Assembly (NCBI GenBank): GCA_965203805.1
Contig: OZ241917.1
Span: 864,001 to 928,000 of the forward strand
Source: Candidatus Latescibacterota bacterium
GTDB taxonomy: Bacteria; Latescibacterota; UBA2968; GCA-2709665
Length of the DNA: 64,000 nt
Direction: 5' to 3'
In this document: positions 58,076 to 64,000 of the stretch, in pieces
Layout: each line of letters starts with the position of its first letter
How positions within the stretch are numbered: position 1 is the stretch's first letter
The notes under the pieces: model-generated
The model's database searches: none
Told to the model about the DNA's origin: nothing
What the model saw: only the letters and a program-made list of their open reading frames with translations
Position numbers and translations under genes: made by a program

Positions 58076-58146
58076 ACAGCCCGTTGATAAAGTCCCTGCG
58101 GGCTACGTCCGGCCTCGCCTGCGGAGCGACTTCTTCAACGGACTGT
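58076..58146. repeat. 71-bp element with 19-bp terminal inverted repeats (MITE-like)
   Basis: ACAGCCCGTTGATAAAGTC / GACTTCTTCAACGGACTGT, 16/19 complementary. Confidence 0.55.
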
Positions 58147-58386
58147 TAACGGCTGCAAAGGCGCCGCCCGATCTCGCCGGTATTTCCGGCGCGGATGGGG
58201 AACGACGTACGATTGGAACGATTTGCAGGCACGAAAGTTCCACTTTCTTCATTGCGTACCTCGCACCCTCGACCTTTCCGGTCGTCCGGGATTGGTTTTC
58301 AGATTCGAACTGCCCGATTCCTGCGAAACCCCGCCCAAAGAAAAAAGCGAGCCATCGAAAAAACGACGGCTCGCCCCGAAATGGCA

Positions 58387-58464
58387 TGGTGGGACATACA
58401 GGATTCGAACCTGTGACCTCTGGTTCCGGAGACCAGCGCTCTATCCAGACTGAGCTAATGCCCC
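58387..58464 (-). tRNA. tRNA-Arg(CCG)
   Basis: GGGGCATTAGCTCAG...CCG anticodon...GTTCGAATCC...CACCA; terminator at 58341-58374. Confidence 0.97.
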
Positions 58465-58482
58465 CTGGACTGATGAAATCGA

Positions 58483-58572
58483 TCAGGCCTTCTTGTGGCG
58501 ATCTCTTCTGCGGCGCTTCTTGCGCTTGTGAGTCGCGATCTTGTGACGCTTTCGTTTTCTTCCGCAGGGCAA
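58483..58572 (-). CDS. Small basic bS22/AURKAIP1-COX24-like ribosomal peptide (29 aa, not in ORF track)
   Basis: AAGGAGG SD plus TTG; MPCGRKRKRHKIATHKRKKRRRRDRHKKA. Confidence 0.85.
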   Translation of the reverse strand: MPCGRKRKRHKIATHKRKKRRRRDRHKKA

Positions 58573-58615
58573 GTAATGCTCCTCCTTGTCGGGCTATCGA
58601 TGTCGCGGCGCGGGT

Positions 58616-58903
58616 TCAGCCTGCCTGTTCACCCGTGAGGCCCGCCCGCAGCTCCCGTGAAGGCTTGAATACCGGCGCAGGGCGCTCCGGAATCCTGACG
58701 ACGTCGCCCGTCTTGGGATTTCGACCTATCCGGGGTGCCCGGGTCACAACCTTGAACGTCCCAAACCCTCGAATTTCGATGTGCTCGCCATGTTTCAATG
58801 CCGTCACCACCGAGTCGAGGAAACCCTCCACGACAGCCGCCGTATCCGATTTCGGCAACCCCGTGGCCTCTGCAATCTGACTGACGATATCGGCTTTGGT
58901 CAC
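58616..58903 (-). CDS. hup: HU/IHF DNA-binding protein
   Basis: MTKADIV, IRGFGTF, GRNPKTG, FKPS; promoter TTGACA-17-TATCCT. Confidence 0.93.
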   Translation of the reverse strand: MTKADIVSQIAEATGLPKSDTAAVVEGFLDSVVTALKHGEHIEIRGFGTFKVVTRAPRIGRNPKTGDVVRIPERPAPVFKPSRELRAGLTGEQAG

Positions 58904-59015
58904 CAAATCCCCTTTCGAAACTGGCTTGTGACTCAACGAACAACAGACCGGTCGATTTGGTCTGGACAAGCCAAAAGGATATAAAAATGACATCGCTTTG
59001 TCAACAAAAATCAGT

Positions 59016-60800
59016 TTACCGTCGGGCGCTTCCGATGTACTGGAGTTGATGAAGCCGGTGATAGATGCCCTTGCTCGCCAACAAGGCTTCATGTGTCCCG
59101 GATTCCCGGATCTCACCCCTGTGAAGGACCAGAATCCGATGGGCGCTACGGACAGTCGAAATGCGATGCGCGATGACGATGGACGTCCTCGACCGCATCA
59201 GTCTGCCCACCGCATCCTGAATCCAGGCCTCTGTCTCGGTGTCTACGCTGGAGGTGGCTTCATCCAGGACCAGAATGTCGGGGTCAAATGCGATCGCACG
59301 GGCAAAAGCCAACAACTGGCGCTGTCCTCCGGACAGGGTGCCTCCCCGTTCAGTGACGGTGTGTCCGTATCCCGACGGCAGCAGCCTGATAAACCGGTCC
59401 GCGTTCACGTCCCGAGCGGCCTGTTCGACCTGCTGCCGTGAAATCCCGGGGTTTCTCAATCGGATATTCGCATCGATGTCCCCCGAGAACAGGAACACGT
59501 CCTGCTGGACAACGCCTATGCGCCTCCTCAGAGCCTCTACATCCCACTCGGCTATATCGACGCCGTCAATTCGAATCCGCCCCCGCTGGATTTCGTAGAA
59601 TCTGCACAGCAGGTTTATGATGGTCGTTTTTCCTGAACCCGTCGCGCCGACGATGGCCAGCCGCTCGCCCGGTTTTACGATGAAAGAGACGTCTCTCAGG
59701 ACCCAGTCATCCTGGTTGTAGGCGAACCACACATTGATAAATTCGATCTCCCCTCTGATCTTCTTCGGCCCGTTCAGACCGCGGCCGGGCTCTGGCCGCG
59801 TGTCCAGGAGTTCGAATATCCGCTCCGAAGAAGCCATTGCGGCCTGGAGAATTGCGTACCTTTCGGCGACGTCCAGAATGGGCCAGAAGAATCTGGGGAT
59901 GTACTGCAGCATGGCGATCAGCGCGCCCCACTCGATCTGAGACCGGATTACGTCATTGCTGCCCTGCCAGATAACCAGCGCCGTGGCCGCAGACCCGAGC
60001 AGCTGCATAATCGGAAAGTAGAGCGAGTAATACAGCGTCGACTCCAGATTCGCGTTCAGGTACCGTCCGTTGACGCCGTCGAAGCGTTCGGCATGCCGGC
60101 TTTCACAGCCGAAGAGTTGCACCACCGACATTCCCGTGATGTTCTCCTGCAAATAAGCGTTCAGGCGGGCCAACCGGCTGCGCGCGAGGCGAAAAGCCCG
60201 CAACATGCGTCCCTGGAACCAGAATGTGACACCGAACATTACGGGCACCGTCGCGCAGACCCACAGCGCCAGTGAAGCGTCCATATAAAACATGTAGGCC
60301 ATAATCGCGATCAGCGTGAAGATGTCGCTGAACACGGCCACCACCCCATCCGTAAACAGTTCGTTGAGCGCGTCCACGTCGTTCGTATTGCGGGTCATCA
60401 GGCGACCGATCGGCGTTCGGTCGAAGAATTTTACGGGCAGCCGCTGAAGGTGAGCGAAGATGGCTTTTCGAATATCGTACATCACCCACTGGCCGACCAT
60501 CTGTGTTACCAGCCTCTGTGCCATATCGGCCAGGAACTGGAACACGAGCAGCCCGACGAACACGAGCACGATCCGGTTCAGGCCCGCGACGTCTCCGGGA
60601 AGAATATGGTCGTCCACGGCAATCTTGCTCAGATACGGACCGGCCTGCCTGGCTGCAGACGTCAGGAGAATCAGGACGAAGGCAACAGTCACCCAGCGCC
60701 TGTATGGCTTGAGGTAACCGAGAAGGCGCCACATCAGCCGGGAATCGAACGGCTTCTGCGCCACCTCTTCTTCGTGCGTATCGCGGGTTGCATCAGGCAT
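59016..60800 (-). CDS. ABC exporter, TMD-NBD (MdlB/YheH-like)
   Basis: 6 TM segments, GATGSGKT, LSGGQRQ, LDEATS. Confidence 0.93.
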   Translation of the reverse strand: MPDATRDTHEEEVAQKPFDSRLMWRLLGYLKPYRRWVTVAFVLILLTSAARQAGPYLSKIAVDDHILPGDVAGLNRIVLVFVGLLVFQFLADMAQRLVTQMVGQWVMYDIRKAIFAHLQRLPVKFFDRTPIGRLMTRNTNDVDALNELFTDGVVAVFSDIFTLIAIMAYMFYMDASLALWVCATVPVMFGVTFWFQGRMLRAFRLARSRLARLNAYLQENITGMSVVQLFGCESRHAERFDGVNGRYLNANLESTLYYSLYFPIMQLLGSAATALVIWQGSNDVIRSQIEWGALIAMLQYIPRFFWPILDVAERYAILQAAMASSERIFELLDTRPEPGRGLNGPKKIRGEIEFINVWFAYNQDDWVLRDVSFIVKPGERLAIVGATGSGKTTIINLLCRFYEIQRGRIRIDGVDIAEWDVEALRRRIGVVQQDVFLFSGDIDANIRLRNPGISRQQVEQAARDVNADRFIRLLPSGYGHTVTERGGTLSGGQRQLLAFARAIAFDPDILVLDEATSSVDTETEAWIQDAVGRLMRSRTSIVIAHRISTVRSAHRILVLHRGEIRESGTHEALLASKGIYHRLHQLQYIGSARR

Positions 60801-60838
60801 ATGGGTTCACACAACCTGGGGCCTGGAACTCCCCCGGT

Positions 60839-62620
60839 TCAGATCTCCTCGAGTTCGCGCGTCAGTTTCTGACGCCGGTGCATCGCGGCATAGATGCCGC
60901 CCCGGCCGATCAATTCGGTGTGCGTACCCCGTTCCGCGATCGCGCCTTCATCCAGCACCAAAATCTGATCCGCGTCCTGCACGGTTGAAATCCGGTGTGC
61001 GATGATGATGGTGGTTCTGGACGCCATGACTTCGCGAAGTCGACTCAATATCCGCTCTTCGGTCTGCGTATCGACGCTGGCGAGCGCATCATCCAGGATC
61101 AGAATTTCCGGTCGACGGATCACCGCCCGGGCCAACGCCGTACGCTGCTTCTGACCGCCGGACAACGTCACGCCGCGCTCTCCGATTACCGTTTCGATTC
61201 CCTGCGGGAAATTCGCCAGATCGCTCGTAAGCCCGGCAACGTCGCACGCCCACCGTATGTCGGCCTCGACGGCCCCGTCGCTCCCCAGGCAGATGTTCTC
61301 CCGAAGCGAGTCCGAGAAGAGGAACGTGTCCTGCGGCACGAATCCGATGGACGCCCGGAGCGCCGCAAGGGGGATTTGATCCACGGGGACGCCGTCGATC
61401 AGCACCGCGCCGTCCGTCGGCAGGATCAGGCGCGGAATCAGGCGGGCCAGGGTGGTCTTTCCGGAGCCCACGCGTCCGACCACGGCCAGCGTCCTGCCCC
61501 TTGGAATATGCAGATTGATATCTCTCAGTACGGACGCACCATTGTACGCAAAGGCCAGATTCCGGAATTCGATCTCACCGCCGGGCGCTCCCACAGCTCT
61601 CACGCGCGCCGAATCCTCGATCTCGGGTTCTGTCTTGAGGACTTCTTCAATCCGCTTCATGGATGCCAGTCCCCGCTGGTACCGATCGATCATCCATCCC
61701 AGGGTAATCATCGGGAAAATCAGCTTGGTCAGATAGGCGTTGAATGCCACGAAATCCCCCAGCGTCAGCCGGCCCTCAATCACATGAGTGCCGCCGATCC
61801 AGAGAATGACCGCCAGCGACGCTCCGCTGATGAGAAAGGTCAACGGAAAAAGAAGGCTCTGAATACGAATCAGTCTGCCGTTCTTGACCAGATAGTCCCG
61901 GCTCAATTCGTCAAATGCATCCATCTCAGCCCCACGCTGAGCGAATGCCTTCACCACCCGGATGCCGGACAGGTTCTCCTGAACGCGGGCGCTGATTCGC
62001 GAGAACTGTTCCTGCACGGACCGGAACCCGTGGTGAACCCGGCCCGCCAGGCGGTTCATGACCAACGCCATCACTGGCATCGGGACGACTGCAAGCAGTG
62101 CGAGTCTCCAGTCGATCCAGCACATGACCAGCATACTCAGGGTCAGTCCAAGCACGGCGCCAAACAACATGCGCACGCCGAATCCAAGAAACATCCGGAC
62201 GGCGTTCACGTCGTTCGTGGCCCGGGAAATCAGGTCTCCCGTGGGCGTCTGATTGAAATAGCTCAGTGACTGCCGCAACAGCACCCTGAAATAATCCCGT
62301 CTGATATCACGCTCGACGAGGCGCGATACACTGTTCAGGCACCAGCGCATGCCCATTTCCAGCCCCATCTGCACGAGCGCAAGAACGACGATCAGCATGG
62401 CCCAGAAGATAACCTGCTCGCCGACACCGGCGCCCGAGAGGTCGCCGCCGGGAGGCGCGCCGTCCAACCGTTCCTTGACCAGATCGACCGCCTCTTTCAA
62501 CGCGAGCGGGATCGCGCTCGACGAAAGTTGCGCGATCGACAACAGCAGCAGCCCCAGGAGGATCCGGTTCCTGTAGGGTCTCAGGTACTTCCGGAAGGGT
62601 CCGAAGGGATTAAGCGTCAT
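60839..62620 (-). CDS. ABC exporter, TMD-NBD (MdlA/YheI-like)
   Basis: GRVGSGKT, LSGGQKQR, degenerate Walker B LDDAL (heterodimer partner). Confidence 0.93.
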   Translation of the reverse strand: MTLNPFGPFRKYLRPYRNRILLGLLLLSIAQLSSSAIPLALKEAVDLVKERLDGAPPGGDLSGAGVGEQVIFWAMLIVVLALVQMGLEMGMRWCLNSVSRLVERDIRRDYFRVLLRQSLSYFNQTPTGDLISRATNDVNAVRMFLGFGVRMLFGAVLGLTLSMLVMCWIDWRLALLAVVPMPVMALVMNRLAGRVHHGFRSVQEQFSRISARVQENLSGIRVVKAFAQRGAEMDAFDELSRDYLVKNGRLIRIQSLLFPLTFLISGASLAVILWIGGTHVIEGRLTLGDFVAFNAYLTKLIFPMITLGWMIDRYQRGLASMKRIEEVLKTEPEIEDSARVRAVGAPGGEIEFRNLAFAYNGASVLRDINLHIPRGRTLAVVGRVGSGKTTLARLIPRLILPTDGAVLIDGVPVDQIPLAALRASIGFVPQDTFLFSDSLRENICLGSDGAVEADIRWACDVAGLTSDLANFPQGIETVIGERGVTLSGGQKQRTALARAVIRRPEILILDDALASVDTQTEERILSRLREVMASRTTIIIAHRISTVQDADQILVLDEGAIAERGTHTELIGRGGIYAAMHRRQKLTRELEEI

Positions 62621-62660
62621 TCAGGTGTCCTGTCACAAGAATTTCTCACGATTCAGCCGT

Positions 62661-62978
62661 CTATACGTCGGCGTGCCACCGGTACACGTCCAGATCCACT
62701 TTTCCGTTCACAAAGGCCACGCCTTCGTCCTCAAGGAGCCTTTCCTGGACCAGATGCGCCTTCCTGGCGCCCGTGCGGACCGACACGGCGCCCCGTGCGT
62801 TAATCACCCGGTGCCAAGGGCATCTCGTGCCTGCCGGCAATGCCTTCAGCGCCTGCCCCACCTGCCTGGGTCCCACGCCCGCAATATCCGCAATCTGGCC
62901 GTAGGTGGCCACCGTCCCCGTGGGAATCCTGGCGACCACGCGATAAATCTTCCGAAACGTGCGCTCGAATTCCGGCAT
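62661..62978 (-). CDS. Alkyltransferase-like protein (ATL, MGMT family)
   Basis: IPTGTVATYGQIA, RQVG, PWHRV (Trp in place of the catalytic Cys). Confidence 0.9.
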   Translation of the reverse strand: MPEFERTFRKIYRVVARIPTGTVATYGQIADIAGVGPRQVGQALKALPAGTRCPWHRVINARGAVSVRTGARKAHLVQERLLEDEGVAFVNGKVDLDVYRWHADV

Positions 62979-63024
62979 TTGGTCCACGATCCTTCCAGAA
63001 ATGATGGAACACGCAGGATCCGGC

Positions 63025-64000
63025 CTACGGGCGCCGCCCACGGTCTTCCAGCAGCCAATCTTCCAGATATCGGGAGGGGTCCGGCTGTGACTCGCATTCC
63101 TTGAGGAGCCGGACCGCGGCATTGAGATCCTGTCCCAGCGCCCGGTACACGCGATCGAAGACGTCTACTTTCTCGTGGTATGTCCGATAGGCCATCATCA
63201 CGGCGTTGTTCAATCGCCGCTGGGGAAAACGGGAATAGGCGCCGGTCTTCAGATCCAGCCGGTAGAAACGGTTTTTCGCGCGCTCGAATATGACCTCTCT
63301 CTCCTTCAGTTTCTCCTCATAAGTGCGTTCCGTGGCGTAGAGCGCCTGCAGTTCTTCCGCGACGTCGTGCATGAATCGATTGAACGTTCGTTGGTCGGAC
63401 TTCCTGGCCCGCATGCTCCTCACGGCCGCGGCGTCCCGCCCGTGACGCTCCCGCATGAACTGCAACGCGCCGACCTCCCCCACAAAGGTTGCCAGATTCT
63501 CATTAAAGGAGACCCTGTCCGGGATCCACACCGTCGCGTGGGCCAGTTCGTGGATGATGAGTTCGGCCAGGTCGCCGTCACGATATCGCAGCATCGTACT
63601 CAGGATCGGATCTTCAAACCAGCCCAGTGTACTGTAGGCGCCGACCGGCCGCAGCAATGTATCGAAGCCTCGCGCTTCCAGTCCGTCCCGATCCCTTTTC
63701 GCACGGTCCAGATCAAAATAACCCCGGTAGGGAAATCGTCCCACTACCGGGTACGTCCACTGAACGGGCTCAAGCCGGTCCCTGGCCGCCGCGGTCAGTT
63801 GCCACGAAACCGGACCCTTGCCGATATCGATGTAGCTGAGATAATTTCGGGACCGGGCCAGCCCGATCCGTCTTTCCGCGAAGCGCCGCACCTCCTGGAT
63901 GAATTCGAGCCGGTCCCGGACTTCCCGATCCAGATCCCGGCTCGCCAGCATCTTTGAGATCGGCTGCCGGTTCCAGAGCATTTCCGCCTGGCCGCGAACA
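63025..64000 (-). CDS. Predicted zinc aminopeptidase (5' partial)
   Basis: YRGYF, AYSTLGWF.DP, HELAH, NE..ATF; frame stays open to the window edge. Confidence 0.85.
   Translation of the reverse strand, partial: VRGQAEMLWNRQPISKMLASRDLDREVRDRLEFIQEVRRFAERRIGLARSRNYLSYIDIGKGPVSWQLTAAARDRLEPVQWTYPVVGRFPYRGYFDLDRAKRDRDGLEARGFDTLLRPVGAYSTLGWFEDPILSTMLRYRDGDLAELIIHELAHATVWIPDRVSFNENLATFVGEVGALQFMRERHGRDAAAVRSMRARKSDQRTFNRFMHDVAEELQALYATERTYEEKLKEREVIFERAKNRFYRLDLKTGAYSRFPQRRLNNAVMMAYRTYHEKVDVFDRVYRALGQDLNAAVRLLKECESQPDPSRYLEDWLLEDRGRRP

Overview
GC-rich bacterial chromosome segment with most genes on the minus strand. The short Bacteroidota-style sigma-70 factor and the bS22/AURKAIP1-like peptide suggest an FCB-group lineage (inference, low confidence). 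Bases 1-10190 are an accessory island at the 3' end of tRNA-Gly(CCC). It holds a PLD-nuclease/SF2-helicase gene and the start of a probable partner methyltransferase (R-M-like defence locus). Between them lie three stacked GxxExxY (PD-(D/E)XK) units, 45-bp repeat arrays built from 10-bp-phased CGAAA motifs, duplicated helicase 3' ends, orphan AbrB antitoxins and internally deleted toxin relics. The rest is mostly core genome: miaA-mutL, hpt, UDG, mobA, PBP1A, class I fba, ychF, a xanthine-dehydrogenase-family cluster with two large subunits, ABC transporters, lexA, an mlaEFD operon with FG-GAP and FG-GAP-tetraheme genes, a sigma factor, HU and four tRNAs. A small AT-rich islet sits at about 43.1-47.3 kb. 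The most promising novelty is the repeat-bracketed GxxExxY cassette array (about 960-2165). All calls are from motif recognition by eye; no database searches were run.
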